From Mobula hypostoma (taxonomy: Eukaryota): a stretch of DNA of 64,000 bases. Position 1 is the first letter of the stretch, and each line of letters begins with the position of its first letter. Positions 13,268 through 26,238 of the stretch are shown in pieces. A program made the position numbers and the translations under genes. The stretch covers positions 25,544,001 through 25,608,000 of the forward strand of contig NC_086106.1 of assembly GCF_963921235.1 (NCBI RefSeq), read 5' to 3'. A model generated the notes under the pieces. The model searched no databases and was not told the origin of the DNA. It saw only the letters and a list, made by a program, of their open reading frames with translations.

Positions 13268-13871
13268 CCTGTAAATTGCGCTGCTACATGTGTGCGGAAC
13301 CGGGGAAGTCAGTACTGAACCTATTTAGCCAGCGATCTGATTGGAAGTATGACATTGTCGGTTTCGTAATAATTTACTCTAATTCTAATGTATTTGTCGA
13401 TCTCATCCTCCGTTGTACTTTAAATGATACTTCATTTCTTGCTATGGATCTCCGTCCTTTGCGACTGCCTTAAAATTTCGTCACCGTGGCACGCTGTGCC
13501 TNNNNNNNNNNNNNNNNNNNNNNNNNNNNNNNNNNNNNNNNNNNNNNNNNNNNNNNNNNNNNNNNNNNNNNNNNNNNNNNNNNNNNNNNNNNNNNNNNNN
13601 NNNNNNNNNNNNNNNNNNNNNNNNNNNNNNNNNNNNNNNNNNNNNNNNNNNNNNNTCTGTGGGTACATCAGTTTACCAGCTGCCAGTTCACTGGATATTC
13701 CGGTATTCATTAACAATCTGAAAATCTTAGCCGACGCTGTCTAGTCACATGCACCCTCAGTATCTCCAGGTTGCACTCATCTTCACTGTAAATCGCACAA
13801 GCTCGTCAAAAATTATGTCCAGCCAAATGTTAACCACACAATATTGTTAAAGGCAACAGACATACAACATA

Positions 13872-14264
13872 AGAACTCCAGGTATATATATAAATGAGCT
13901 GACTCCGCCTCTGTGTATATCAGCTGAAAATCTCGCCAAGCATTCTGGAGTTTGCTCCAGTGTTCCTGAGTCATCTACCTTCAGCATTTATTTTTCCAGA
14001 TATTCCGCGATGTTGAGTGTATCAAAAATATTTGCATTATTTCTTGTGTAATTGCAGTTTAGTGTTATGAGCTGACTTTCGTGAGTCGTTAATTTGTTAG
14101 CATGCTAGATCACTGAACCATTCTATCTCGTTCCTGCATTAAAGGACAAAATGCACTAATATCCCACACTTGCACTGAACTCACGTTGCACTCTCTGGTC
14201 ATATGCGCAGCGTCCTGTCTGTCAGGATGACGAATGTAATGAATACGAAACAAAGGGAACACAT
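13872..14264 (-). pseudogene. TCR V pseudogene, group B, 3'-truncated
   Basis: 46-nt leader (MCSLCFVFITFVILT) followed by ACAGG instead of GT, 85-nt intron. The exon starts at 14133 and is deleted after FR3, with no RSS. Confidence 0.85.
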
Positions 14265-15422
14265 GCTTCTGACTTCCGCCTCGATAGGACGGTAGATATC
14301 TTCCAAGAAATTATCACTATGGCAGATGTTAGGGAGTAAAATCGTATCAAAAGTAGATTTCACAGTGCCCTGCTCAACGATTAGTAGATAAAATGCAGCC
14401 GAGGCTCTATGAACAGCAAAAACAAAATCGGATTATTTTGATTTACCCTCTCTGCCTTTTTCCCTCACACTCTCTGTCTTTCTCCCCATATCTCTCTTTA
14501 CCCTCCTATCTCTCCATCTATCTATTTATCTGTCTTTCTCTCTTTCTCGCTCTGTCTCCCTGTCTCACTTTCTCACTCTCTTGCTCTCTCCCCACCTTCT
14601 TCTCTCTTTCGCTATCCTTTTGAACATTAATTTCTATTTATCTACGTCCTTTGTTCGCTCCATGAATTCATTCTCGCTTCCTTTGCCTCTGCACTCTCCC
14701 TTCTCACAGCATGTGACCACGCTAAGCAGCGTATTACTGAGTCATCCACCATGTTATGACTTTCTACTGCTCCTGCTATCTATCCTATCAATAGCCTTTT
14801 AAGTTATTGACGAAGTACCTTTCAGCATCATATCTATCAGCATCCCGCTAGATATTTCTTGTCAATGGTACACCAAATATTTACGCCCTAATATTTTTCC
14901 GTAAGTGAGCCAATCTCCTATCCATGGCAATAGACTCAATTGAGAATTTATTTTCTGCAGTTGTCTTCGGCCTCACATCTTAATGGCTCCTTTCTCAGAA
15001 TGTATAGAAAGAGACCCTGTAAGTCCTGGTCACCGTGTACCATGAAGGAAATCTTGTGAAGAGTTCAAAGTCGTGACCGTGTGTTGTAGATAACAAGGGG
15101 AAATGGATATTGCGATGTCTCGAACATATTTTAACTTCTTATTTGTACCAACAAACTGAATTTAGGCCCAGACGCCTGCGATCCTGAGAGCTGACAGATT
15201 AAGGCGAACGAGTGACCCTCCTTGCCGATTATTCCCCTTTAACGGTGCGTGCTGCATGGCAGAAAGATACAATGAAGAGTCCGACGCAAGAGCCTCGGTG
15301 ATGCATCATTGAACCATCTTCGATCATTTCGCAAAGCAGTGTTAAACAGCAAAACATCAATTAACGACAGGTTGGGTTGCGGAAAAGAGACAGCGATGAT
15401 GCTATGAATACAGTCTTCTCAG

Positions 15423-17586
15423 CAGGGGCTGCGCTAATACGGTGCTAGCTGGGGCTATAGCCCCAGAATAAATTGCAATAGCACCAGTATAGCACCACCA
15501 AGACATTAGCTGAAATTTCACATACAAATTGCAGCTGCTTTGCTTTCTCTGTGTAGTTTTGAATACAGCATGTTTCTCCAGCTGAGCTAGTGAAACAGCG
15601 CCCTCAACTACCATAGCGCCCACGCAGTAATAAAGTTATAAACTCTGTCAGATCCACTCTAAACTTCTATTGATTCGTTCGTTGTCAATGTCTCGCCGTT
15701 GCTGTCCTCAGATCAGTTAAGCTGATCGAAGATCACGTAAGTCGGTGATGTCACTCACTCTGACTCACGGGAGAGATTGATAGTATGCATCCAGGCGCAG
15801 ATCCATGGTCTCGCGAGACTAACGGATGCCCCCCATATACACACTCATTGCGCTTTTACAAGCTAGCGTGAGTCTGGCACGTGCACTATTCTGGCGGCGT
15901 GAAAAATTAATCGATTTTTGTGAGAAAATGACCTCGTCCAGAAGAGTCAGTGGTGTCTCAGCCTGAGCTTGTCTTAACTGAAAGTGACGTGCAGAAAGAA
16001 GTAAGTGGGGATGACGACGACAGCAGTTCATCGAAGGAGTGTGAGGGTGAAGTAGAGGAACAAGAAATGGAGCGGGTTCGGAAGAGAACGTAGACGAAGC
16101 ATCTCTTAGTGTTAGTGGGAATACTGTTAGCGATAATAGCCAGCAGCCCGAGGAAGGACCCCGTCGGCCAGCGTTGAAAAAGTACCCTTCGCCGCTCGTA
16201 ACAGTTTGGCATTCAGCAAATCATTTTTATTCGTGGTTGGCTTGACTGACTGGAATATTCGATCACGAAAGATACCACGTTCTGCTTCGCATGCAGGCAA
16301 TTCCTGTGTGCAGGACATGGGTTCCATTCTGAGTCTACCATCACCGTCACCGGTTCCCACAACTGTCGGAAAACTATAACAGCTTTCAAAACCCACCATG
16401 TAAGTGCAGCCCATAAGTTTGCGATGGAGGCGCGGGCCGAATTCAGATTGAGAAAACAAGACGTTTCAAGATTGGGAAATATGCTTAATTAAGGACATGC
16501 AAAGATTGTCCAAGAAAAGCGTGAGTATATGGGAGCTGTGGTTGAGTCTCTGGCAATGGCAGACAGCGAATGAAACAATGGAATTTCTAGCGCCAATCAG
16601 ACCCTACCGCGATGCATTTATAAATTTATGCAGACTAATCTGCATATCACTGACTATACCGGCGACATCTGTTTCATGCAAATGGAATTTCTCTTGCTTG
16701 CGACGCTTCAAAATCTACCTAAGGAATAGCAGCGGCGATGTTCGGATCAGCAACTAGGCCCTGTTGGCCATAAACACCCGGAGGACCAAAGCACTTGACG
16801 ATCCGAAAATCATTGATGCTTTCACCACCAATCACAAAAACAGACGGATTGTGCTTCTCTGAAAACACCAATGGGGAGTGCAGTTGTTTTTTTTTTAATT
16901 TGGGCCAGCACTAATGCTGATTATTATTAGTACTTTGTGGTGGATAACCCATAGTCCTTATATTTCCTGCAAGTCCTACACTATTACGTTTACTGCTATA
17001 AGCCTACTGGTTTTGGTTAGGCTTCCAAGCGGTGATTCTGTTGATTTTTGTTTTAAATTCAGTAGCCGAATTAATTGTGATATTGCATGGTCACATTACG
17101 ATTTGTCCAACTCCTGGTAAATCCTTGCATCTGCTGTTTACCTTATTTGACTTTAATAACGGTGTGTCTTTTGGCATTGTCTGCCTATGTAATGAGATAA
17201 CAGTGGACATTGTGGGTTAGTGTTGTGTTTTTCAGTTGAAAAGCAAGCATTTGACGTTGATTGCGGGATTGGTGCGTGATTCACGTTGTGCGCTATGGGG
17301 CGGATGCATTTTTGGTTTGATTGTTTATGCTCTGTGCAGCCCGGGTTCTCTCCGATGGTGTTCACACTGTCACAGTTCACTTCTATATTATACTTATCAG
17401 CTGCTGTTGCTTGTGAATCAACAAAGGCATTTTTAGTCGGCACATAATGCCTGAAGCTGACTTTTTTACACCAGGCGTCTGGCCTTGCGAATACATATTA
17501 CCATAGGGTGCATCCCTCGGCCTCATCACTGAATAATTCAGCCCGACCGCAGCACCAGCAAGAAAAAATCTATGGCGCTGCCACTT
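15423..17586 (+). mobile_element. Internally deleted hAT DNA transposon (ZnF_TTF, ZMYM1-like transposase)
   Basis: Left end CAGGGGCTGCGCTA and an imperfect inverted right end TGGCGCTGCCACTT. TTF zinc-finger remnant WLEYSITKDTTFCFACRQF at about 16250-16310. hATC-like LTIPATSVSCKWNFSCLRRFKIYLRNS at about 16650-16730. Confidence 0.8.
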
Positions 17587-18589
17587 GTTCTCTGCATAAT
17601 CACAACATATTCAAAAACGTATCAATGTGTAATCATACCCAATAAATTTCTAATCATACATGTTTCACATGGTCGCTTCTTTGACATCGGCAGTATTCCG
17701 CTGGAAGTAGCTAATTTATTTATTTGTTTGCTTAGATAGTTGTTGCTGATATATCACGCAATAGTCCCTTCGGTCAACGTTTTTCAATCTTCCAGCACTC
17801 AACTAGTTATTCAATGTCAGCAAGTGTTTGTTTAGTCTTTGTTTGCTGTTTCAGTGCCAAATTGCTACCCACGCCAATAGACTCCTGAAAGCACACTCGG
17901 TGTAGCCAACCATCTCTTTGCTAAAAAAAAAAATGCTCACATCTGCATGCCCCTTGTAATTACTTCCCATCGCATTAAAATATCGTAATCTCGCATGAGC
18001 CATTCCAACCCTTAGGTCAAGGCGCTGATTGCCCTCTCTATCTATGCTTCTTGACATATTAAACACAGTTATTAAGTTACCCCTCATCTTCCTTCGTTCC
18101 AAAATGAAAGGTGCCTGTTTGCAGAAGCTGAAATGACCGGTGGAATATACAGGCACTTGCGGATGTGTAACTGAAGTTGAGCATTACGATTCTTCTTCCT
18201 TTAATTGTCGATGCAGAGAGCCAGATCTTTCCCAAACACTTCTTCGGAAGAAGGGGGAAAAAAATTGAACATCAATTGCTCCCATGGCACCCGCGAGACA
18301 TCCACTAACTATTTGCGAAAAGATTCGCCAGGCAGCGTTGACGATATAATCAGTAAGGATCAAGGACTCACATGGATCTGCTTTCACGCATTGTCTTAAG
18401 CCAGATAACAAGAAGCTAATATCACATATTTGCGAGAATGATGTCAGATATGCTACACCCTTCACTTCGTGGAAAACCTGCGTACTTTGCTCTGCTAACT
18501 GGGAATTGAACCGTGGAACACAGAGCTGAGATTATTGAACCACCGTCGTCAATGGAACTAATACACTCTCGGTTTATTTATTAGTCACT

Positions 18590-19254
18590 CTTGTTCATTC
18601 AGGTGCCTTGGTGTTCGGCGTGGGCGATCATGTTTGTCCATCCACCACGGTCCCTGACCCTCCGAATTGTAGTTGTTGGCTCTCCTGTTTCTAAACATGA
18701 CGTTATTCCATCTATCATTTTCATTCTCTGCCTGCCCTGCTTCTTTTTTTTATTTCCAGTTTTCCAGTTGTAACTAAATGTTCTAACGTCTTTCTTCGGA
18801 TGAAGTGTTCAAAGAATTTTGATTGCTGTTTTCTTATTTTTGTACGTAATGTACGTTTTGTTTTTTGTCAAAGAACTTTTTCTTTGCTTATTCTGTCCGT
18901 ATATGATATGCATAACATTCTCCTGATGAACCACAGCTCTGCTGCATTGATTCTTTTTTTTTTTTCCGTTGAATTTGTGATTTTCCATGACTATACCCAT
19001 TCATCAATATAGGAAGAATGTAGCAGTTGAGAGTTCTAAGGCGGACGTCAATTGCTATTTTCTTGTTCGTTGGGATGTTTCTCATTTCTGTAAATGTTGT
19101 TCTTGCCATTGTTATTCTTGCTTTTATGTCTGTACAGCATTTGCCATCAGATGCTACCGTGATCGATGGTACTTGAAGTGGTGAAGTTGTTTCAGGATTT
19201 CATTTCCCAATGCGATCCGACAGGTTGGGATATCAGGTTTCTTTGATATTATAG
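18590..19254 (-). mobile_element. RTE-clade LINE fragment (continues at about 20780-20840)
   Basis: MARTTFTEMRNIPTNKKIAIDVRLRTLNCYILPILM resembles the RTE post-RT region. Confidence 0.7.
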
Positions 19255-20780
19255 GCAATAGACATTAGACAATAGGAGCAGGAGTAGGCCATTCGGCCTT
19301 TCGAGCCACACCGCCATTCACTGTGATAATGGCTGATCACCCACAATCAGTATACAGTTCCGGCCTAATCCCCATACCCTTTGATTCCGCTATCTTTCAG
19401 AGTTCTATCCATCTCTTTCTTGAAAGCATGCAGAGCCTTGGCCTCCACTGACTTCTGGGTCAAAGTATTCCACATATCCACAATTCTCTGGGTGAAAAGA
19501 AAATTCCCTCAACTCCGTTCTAAATGGCCTCCCCCTTATTCCTAAACTGTGGCCTTTGGTTCTGGACTCACCCATCAGCGGGAACATGCTTCCTGCCTCC
19601 AGCGTGTCCGATCCCTTCATAATCTTATATGTTTCAATCGGATTCCCTCTCATCCTTCTAATCTCCAGTGTATACAAGCCCAGTCGCTCCAATCTTTCAA
19701 CATATGACAGTCCCGCCATCCCGGGAATTAACCTTATTAACCTACGCTGCACGCCCTGAATAGCAAGAATGTCCTTCCGCAAATTTGGAGACCAAAGCTG
19801 CACACAATATATCAGGTGTGGTCTCACCAGGGACCTGTACAGCTGCAGAAAGACCACGTTGCTCCTATGCTTCATTCTCCTTGTTATGAAGGCCAGCATG
19901 CCATTAGCCTTCTTCACTGCCTGCTGTACCTGTATGCTTACTCTCAGTGACAGATGAACAAGGACACCCAAATCTCACTGTACTTCCCTTTTTCCTAACT
20001 TGACTCCATTTAGATAATAACTTGCCTTCCTGTTTTTACAACTAAAGTGGATAACCTCACATTTATCCACATTAAACTACATCTGCCATGCATCCTCCCA
20101 CTCACCCTGCATTCTCCTAACATCCTTCTCACATTTCACACTGCCGCCCAGCTTTGTGTCATCTGCAAATTTGCTAATGTTACTTTTAATCGCTTCATGT
20201 AAATCATTAATGTATATTGTAAACAGCTGCGGTCCCAGCACTGAACCCTGCGGTACCCCGCAGGTCATAGCCTGCCATTTCTAAAGGGACCCGTTAATCG
20301 CTACTCTTCGTTTCCTGTCAGCCAGCCAATTTTCAATCCATGTCAGTACTCTGCCCCCAATACCATGTGCTCTAATTTTCCCCACTAATCTCCTATGTGG
20401 GACTTTATCAAAGATTTTCTGAAAGTTCAGCTGTACTACATTCACTGGCTCTCCCTTGTCCATTTTCATAGTTACATGCTCAAAAACTCCAGAAGATTAG
20501 TCAAGCACGATTTCCCCTTCGCAAATCCATGCTGACTCGGGCCTATTCTGTTACTGATATCCAAATGTGTCGTAATTTCATCCTCTATAATTGAGTCCAG
20601 CATCTTCCCCACCACCGATCGCAGGCTAACTGGTCTATAATTCCCTGTTTTCTCTCTCCCTCCTTTCTTGAAAAGTGGGACACTATTAGCCACCCTCCAA
20701 TCCACAGGAAGTTGTCCTGAATGTATAGATCATCGGAAAATGATTACCAATGCGTCCATGATTTCTAAAGCCACCGCCTT
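19255..20780 (-). mobile_element. 5'-truncated CR1 LINE nested in the RTE fragment
   Basis: [24 protein letters not shown] and LVRPHLIYCVQLWSP motifs, with a 3' tail near 19255-19300. Confidence 0.9.
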
Positions 20781-21555
20781 AATATGATCAGTCGTATCAG
20801 ATATTACCATTACTACAGTTTTCTTTCTGCTTAGGGTTAGTCCAAGTCTTTCGCTCTCTGTGTTGATGGTAGTTCATTCATGCTAACTATGTTCTGTTTG
20901 TCAATCTCACCCTTCCCTTCTTCGTTTTACTTTAATTCACAGTTCATTTCTTGCAATGAATTCCTTCATTGTTCCCTATTTTGTTACTGTCCTATATCTC
21001 CGACGCTATGTCACTCAATGCTTCTCTGTCTGCCTCTGTATTCCAATCTGCAATTTTAGAAAATCATCAATATAGCTTTAAACCAGTTGAGGGAACATCC
21101 TTTAATCCAACGCCAGTACACTCCGTATTAATTTTCAAACCGTAAACTAAACATCTACTTATCTGCACTTTTAGGAAGCTAATGTCAATAGACCCCACCT
21201 GAAATTTATCTTCATCAGAAGCATTTAGTGTGACAGAATGTCCAATGCTGTTCCGTCATATGCAACCTCCGTATCTTTAGGTTTCACTCATCTTCACTGT
21301 TAATCCCTCACGGCAATGAAAAATAAAGTCCAGCAAAAAATTAAACACAAGATATTTTTACAGGCAACAAAGAGACATGGACACCACCATATAGTAGAAA
21401 TGCTTCGGAAAGCCAATATTCCTAGGTAAATCTAAATTCAAGAAGTTTTCTGCAAGTTTGCTGCTTGGGCGCATTTTGCTGCTGAATGCGCATTTCAAAT
21501 CGACCACGTGATACCCATGCTTTCTGCGTGCAGCTGTTCCAGTTCTCCAGCAAAA

Positions 21556-21570
21556 GGCGCCCTCTAGTGA
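21556..21570 (-). promoter_or_regulatory. CTCF-like motif 3' of a dead RSS
   Basis: Gene-sense TCACTAGAGGGCGCC, 12 bp beyond the nonamer. Confidence 0.6.
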
Positions 21571-21582
21571 TCACGTAACGTT

Positions 21583-22047
21583 TTTTTTTGTCCAGACCCG
21601 CTGCTTCCCTGCAACACTGAGCGGTCCTTTGTACAGAAGGACTGTATACACGAGAGTCCGGCACAAGAATTCCGGAGATACTTAAATGAGCTGACTCTAC
21701 TTTTGTGCATAACAGCTGTAACCCTCGCCCGACATTCTGAGGCCGCTCCAGTTTTCCTCAGCCAGAGAGCTTCGGCAGGTGTCAGGAGACTCTCCGCGAT
21801 GCTGAGTGTATCAAACATGTTTGTCTTCGTTCGTGTGTAACTGCTTTTCAGTGTTATCGTCGGACTTCCGTCTGCCGAAAATTTAGGGCCATCCTGATCA
21901 CAGTTTTGTACTTTCTCTTTTCTGCATTAGTAGACAGATTGCATTGACTTCCCTAACTTGCACTGAACTGCGCTCTCTCTGGTCATGTGTGCTGCGTTTT
22001 AGCAGTCAGGAAGACAAATGAAACCTATAAGAAACTAAGAGACACAT
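21583..22047 (-). pseudogene. TCR V pseudogene, group B, with defective 23-RSS
   Basis: Frameshifted leader (ATG 22047), donor CTAAAA, exon 21622-21921 with C104 disrupted. RSS is CTCAGTG-23-ACAAAAAAA, so the essential CAC is lost. Confidence 0.85.
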
Positions 22048-22619
22048 GCTCACTCGCTTCACTTCCAAGAATTTATCACGATGACACACTATAAATCTTT
22101 TTTTCTCTTTCACTATATCTCTCTATCCCTCTCTTTATTTCACTTTCTTCCCTCCTCGCCCCACTCTACCTCTCTCCAGCTATCTATTTATTTATCTATC
22201 TTTCTCTCTTTATCTCCGTCTCTCTCTCTCACTCTCTTGCTCTACACGTACCCATTTCCCTCTCTCGTTCCCACTCCGCACATTCGTTTCTATCTTTTCT
22301 ATTTATTTATATTTTTCAACGCTGTAATAACTCACTCTCGCTTTCTTTGCCATTCTGCCCCTGCTCTATCCTTTTTCACAGCATGTCACTCCATGCTAAC
22401 CAGCGTATCCACGACGGTTGCGACGAGTCAACTGCAAAATTATGACTTCCCGCTGTTGCTGTTATCTAACTTATTATTAGTCTTTGAAGTTATTGAAAGG
22501 ATACCTTTCAATCTTCCAACACCCTGTTAGATATTTCTTGCCAATAGCACATCAAATATTTATTCCCATGGACGAGTTGGGATTAGATGCCAGAGTACAC
22601 GGACCGGACCATGACAAGT

Positions 22620-22895
22620 CATGAAGACTAACATCGGTTTTCCAGAATATTGAACGAACAACAAATAGGTTCTGCCAGATTCCAAGTGACTGAAGCTCAG
22701 TAACACGGTTTCCCTTTCCACGGTAATTAAATCTCTCCTCCTGTGTTTCACAAAATCTGCATCTCTCGTCCCTGTATCAAGCCCCGAAGGTGTGATGGGC
22801 GCCGGAACGCAGTGACCCTGGAGGGCACGATCTGACGGATTCGACAGATTCACCATGCAGAGCAGTAAATACAAAGAACTTCGCAGCGGGACCAT
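22620..22895 (-). pseudogene. 5' V relic, group D
   Basis: Hydrophobic leader MVPLRSSLYLLLCM, acceptor at 22772-22773, FR1-like ERETVLLSFS (C23 to F), then truncated. Confidence 0.5.
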
Positions 22896-23227
22896 GGTAA
22901 TTTGAATAAAATAAACAGATGATTTGAAGATGTTACTCTGATAAAACAGAAGTGATTCAAGTAAGTACAATAAGAGATTTTCCGGGAGACCCGGTGTTCT
23001 CGTTTCGAAGTATATTCGTCTTTCTATTCTAAATCAGGGGAACATAGCAATCATTGGGACATAGCAATCATTGGGACGTGACTGGCGTAAATTAACTNNN
23101 NNNNNNNNNNNNNNNNNNNNNNNNNNNNNNNNNNNNNNNNNNNNNNNNNNNNNNNNNNNNNNNNNNNNNNNNNNNNNNNNNNNNNNNNNNNNNNNNNNNN
23201 NNNNNNNNNNNNNNNNNNNNNNNNNNN

Positions 23228-23635
23228 ACGAACCCAAATGCAAGACACAGACACTGAATTACAAGGAGCAGGACTTGACTACAGTAGGGACATGACAGGA
23301 TTCAGACCAGGAGCAGGGACAGGAGCTTAGACTTGGGCTAGGGAAAGCGGGACCAGGATGAGTATCCATGGACTAGGAGACAAGGCTTGGGCTCCTGGCC
23401 CGAGACTGGACAAGGACACAGAACGTGGGTCTAGCCTTGGGCTCGGGCCCCAGAACCAGGTAAGGACATGACATCCTGGGGTGTTTGTTCTTGAGCTTGT
23501 TTTAAGGCTGCGCTCTTGGGTCTTTAGCTTCGCTTGAGGCTGGTGTCTTGGATCTTGAGCTTGGCTGCAGGCTGGGGTCCTGTGTCATGTGCTTGGCTTG
23601 GAATCCTCGAGACTTGGAATCCTCGAGACAGAATC
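23228..23635 (-). mobile_element. Truncated LTR, paralogue of 26239-27545
   Basis: AACCCAAATGCAAGACACAGACACTGA start is shared with 26260 and 12175. It is cut after about two repeat units. Confidence 0.7.
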
Positions 23636-23638
23636 CTG

Positions 23639-24115
23639 TATGACTGTGTTGCCAAGTTTGTAGATGATACAAAGATTGATGGAAGGATAAGTCGTTCTGA
23701 GGAAACATGCAGGCTACAGAAGGACAGAAAGATGAGGGAATGGGCAAGAGAGTGGCAGACGAAGTAGAATGCACCAAAACGCATGTCATACATATTGGTA
23801 TAAAAAATCAATTTGCAGACTATTTTGTAAGCGAGTAAAAAAAAATCCAAAAATCTACGCTGCCAAGAGACTTGGAGGATCCAAGTGCAGAAAATCCTGA
23901 CGGTTAAAATGCAGATAGAGTCGGTGGTGAGGAAGGAAAATACAATGTTAGCATTCATTTCAAGATGTCCAGAATACATGGGCAGAGACGTAATGCAGAG
24001 GATTTGTAATACACGCTAGATCTCACATTGAGCATTGCGAACGGTCTTGGGTTCCTATTCTAAGAAAGATGTACTGGCGTTGCAAATAGTTCAGAGGAAA
24101 TTCACATGGATGACA
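23639..24115 (+). mobile_element. Degenerate CR1 RT fragment
   Basis: CVAKFVDDTKIDG motif. Duplicated at about 29748-30205. Confidence 0.75.
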
Positions 24116-24263
24116 CGGTGAGTCCCGCAAGCAAAGCAGCTGTCCATCTAACTGAAAACTGTAGTCAGTAATTTCTCCCCTTTCCCCTGGAGTTTCATCT
24201 TCTTAAGCCAATCACGTAACAGTGGTGGATCTGTGTTTGCGCTCCGGCTATTTTCCGGCACAG

Positions 24264-24278
24264 GGCTCCCTCTAGCGA
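24264..24278 (-). promoter_or_regulatory. CTCF-like motif 3' of the RSS
   Basis: Gene-sense TCGCTAGAGGGAGCC, 23 bp beyond the nonamer. An identical copy lies at 30357-30371. Confidence 0.55.
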
Positions 24279-24301
24279 GCGCTCACTGCATCGCGGCGGT
24301 C

Positions 24302-24340
24302 GGATTTTGTCGAGAGCCGTCATCCCCTTGCAACACTGTG
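24302..24340 (-). promoter_or_regulatory. 23-RSS
   Basis: CACAGTG + TTGCAAGGGGATGACGGCTCTCG (23 bp) + ACAAAATCC, near consensus. Confidence 0.95.
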
Positions 24341-24763
24341 GGCATCATGGCACAAAGATAAACGGCGGAGTCCGACACAAGAACACCAGAGATGTTCAAA
24401 TGGGCTGCCTTGCTGTCACGCTGCCAACCAGCGGTAAACCTCGCTAGATTCCGGTCCATCGCGCCAGTACTATATACCGACTGCAAATATCTTGGAGATT
24501 CCACGCGATACTGAACGTACCAAACAATAGATTGAGGATCGCCAGTGTAACTACAGTTCAGTGTTACAATTTGTTCTTCCGCAATCGTTAATTTAAGAGG
24601 CCATTGAGTCACCGAATCTTTCCCATTTGTTCCTGAAATAAAAGGACAGAATGCATGAACAGATCGGGATTTCTTCCACATACGCAACAGATATAGGCCG
24701 TTACCGCGGAGACTCACCGGGCATCATAGTTAATATAATCAGCAGATAGCACAGAGAATTCAT
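24341..24763 (-). CDS. TRAV: Intact TCR V segment (TRAV/TRDV-like), group C; leader 24718-24763, V exon 24341-24632
   Basis: MNSLCYLLIILTMMPG|TNGKDSVTQWPL...LNCSY...IVWYVQ...SDSAVYLCAMM. 85-nt GT-AG intron, open frame, consensus RSS. Confidence 0.92.
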
Positions 24764-24903
24764 GGTGTCTGGCTCCAAACTCGATCGAAAGAGAACTTAC
24801 TTTCAACAAGTTAATATCCTTGACCGATATTGAAGAGTAAAATCAGACCTGAAGCTTATATCAGCTGGTGTAAATCTGGGGGCGTTGCCCTGCCTATGGA
24901 TTG

Positions 24904-24944
24904 ATTGGATGTGAGCATCGATCTGCGCTGGTCCGAGCACCAAT
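24904..24944 (-). promoter_or_regulatory. Paired opposed CCAAT boxes, putative V promoter
   Basis: ATTGG at 24904-24908 and CCAAT at 24940-24944 (GCACCAATCAG). Confidence 0.55.
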
Positions 24945-25861
24945 CAGAGATTGGTTTGTTTCAGTTCCTCTGCATGCTTTCAAAAATCCGCCGCCAGGAG
25001 ATGTAGGTAGCGTCGCGCTAAGCACTGTGCAAGAGTCGTTATACTTCACTCTCTCTCTCTCTTGCATTCTTCTTCCAGTCAGGCTCTCATCCGTATTTCT
25101 CTCTCCTCCCGATGTTGATCGCTCTACTCTCTGTTCTATCGATCACCATCCCTCGCTCTCTCACTTCTTTTCTCTTACATCTCCCCAAGCTATCCACTTT
25201 GTTATTCCATCATACCAAACCGCCCAGTTTCTCCCCCCATTTTACTCACCATATCAAACCCCCACCGTTTTCCCTGGATCTCACTTCCTCTGCCCTCTCG
25301 CAAACCGCAATTCACACTCAGACGCATTTATCTTCACAATCCTCCCCTGAGGAAAACGGGCGAAACACCACTGAGGCAGAAAATAAGAAAAACATCTTCG
25401 CTCGGGGGAACGGGGGATGTGCTTTGTGTGCTACTCTCTTGTTTTTCTGCCCATCAGCCTTCTCTCTCCAGGAAAGTTGCTGTTGGTTGAGTCTTGTGGA
25501 CGGATGAGGGTTGGGTGAAGAATTTAAGATGCTGAAAATCCAATAGAACTCACAATACTCTGGAGGAATTCCTCAGGTCAGGCAGAATCTGGGTAAAATG
25601 TAAATAGTCGACGTTCCGTCCGAGACTCTCCTTCAGGACTGAGAAGTAAGGAGGGAGATGCATAAACTAAAATGTGAAGGAACATGAAAGAGGCTGACTG
25701 AAAGGCGAAAGGTGAAACCAGGTAGCTGGACAGACCAAGGGCTGTAGAAGAGAGAAACTGATGACCTTATTAAGGCATGATCTTATTCAATTGCAAAGCA
25801 GGCTCGACGTGTCAAATGGCAACGCCTGGTCTTATTTCTTATGGTCTTATGTTCTGCCGTT

Positions 25862-26039
25862 GCACAGTCATTAAATCTCTCCTCCGGAGTTTCACAAAAT
25901 CTGCATCACTCGTCCCTGCATCAAGTCCCGAAGGTGTGATGGGCGCCGGAACGCAGTGACCCTGGAGGGCACGTTCTGCCGGATTCGCCAGATTTACCAA
26001 GCAGAGCAGTAAATACAAAGAACTTCGCAGCGGGACCAT
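25862..26039 (-). pseudogene. Leader plus short 5' V relic, group D
   Basis: Duplicate of 22720-22895 (MVPLRSSLYLLLCL), truncated about 50 bp into the exon. Confidence 0.45.
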
Positions 26040-26238
26040 TGTAATTTGAATAAAATAAACAGAAGAAAATTTGAAGATGTTACTCCGATAAAACAGAAGT
26101 GATTCAAGTAAGTACAATAAGAGACTATGTTTTCGTTTCGAAGTATATTCGTCTTTCTATTCTAAATCCGGGGAACATAGCATTGGGACGTGACTGGAGT
26201 AAAATAACTCCTCGTCTTTCCTCCCCCCCCCCTCTCTT

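Noticed and set aside
12140-13272. TSD for the solo LTR
   Set aside because: The flanks (CCCT and CCTG here, CCCT and ACCG in the 41.6 kb copy) do not give a consistent duplication, so none is claimed.
14179-14184. Cryptic GTGAGT donor in the group B intron as a rescue of splicing
   Set aside because: Using it gives an 80-nt exon containing an in-frame TGA and the wrong phase.
22081-22530. Ser/Leu/Phe-rich ORFs (also 14393, 24901, 31041, 44296, 58896)
   Set aside because: They are translations of CT-rich low-complexity tracts.
25606-25640. Hammerhead-like motifs on the minus strand (also 31701-31735)
   Set aside because: The core is mutated (CTGAAGG or CTGAACA, and GGAAC), so these are decayed Penelope tails and not credible ribozymes.
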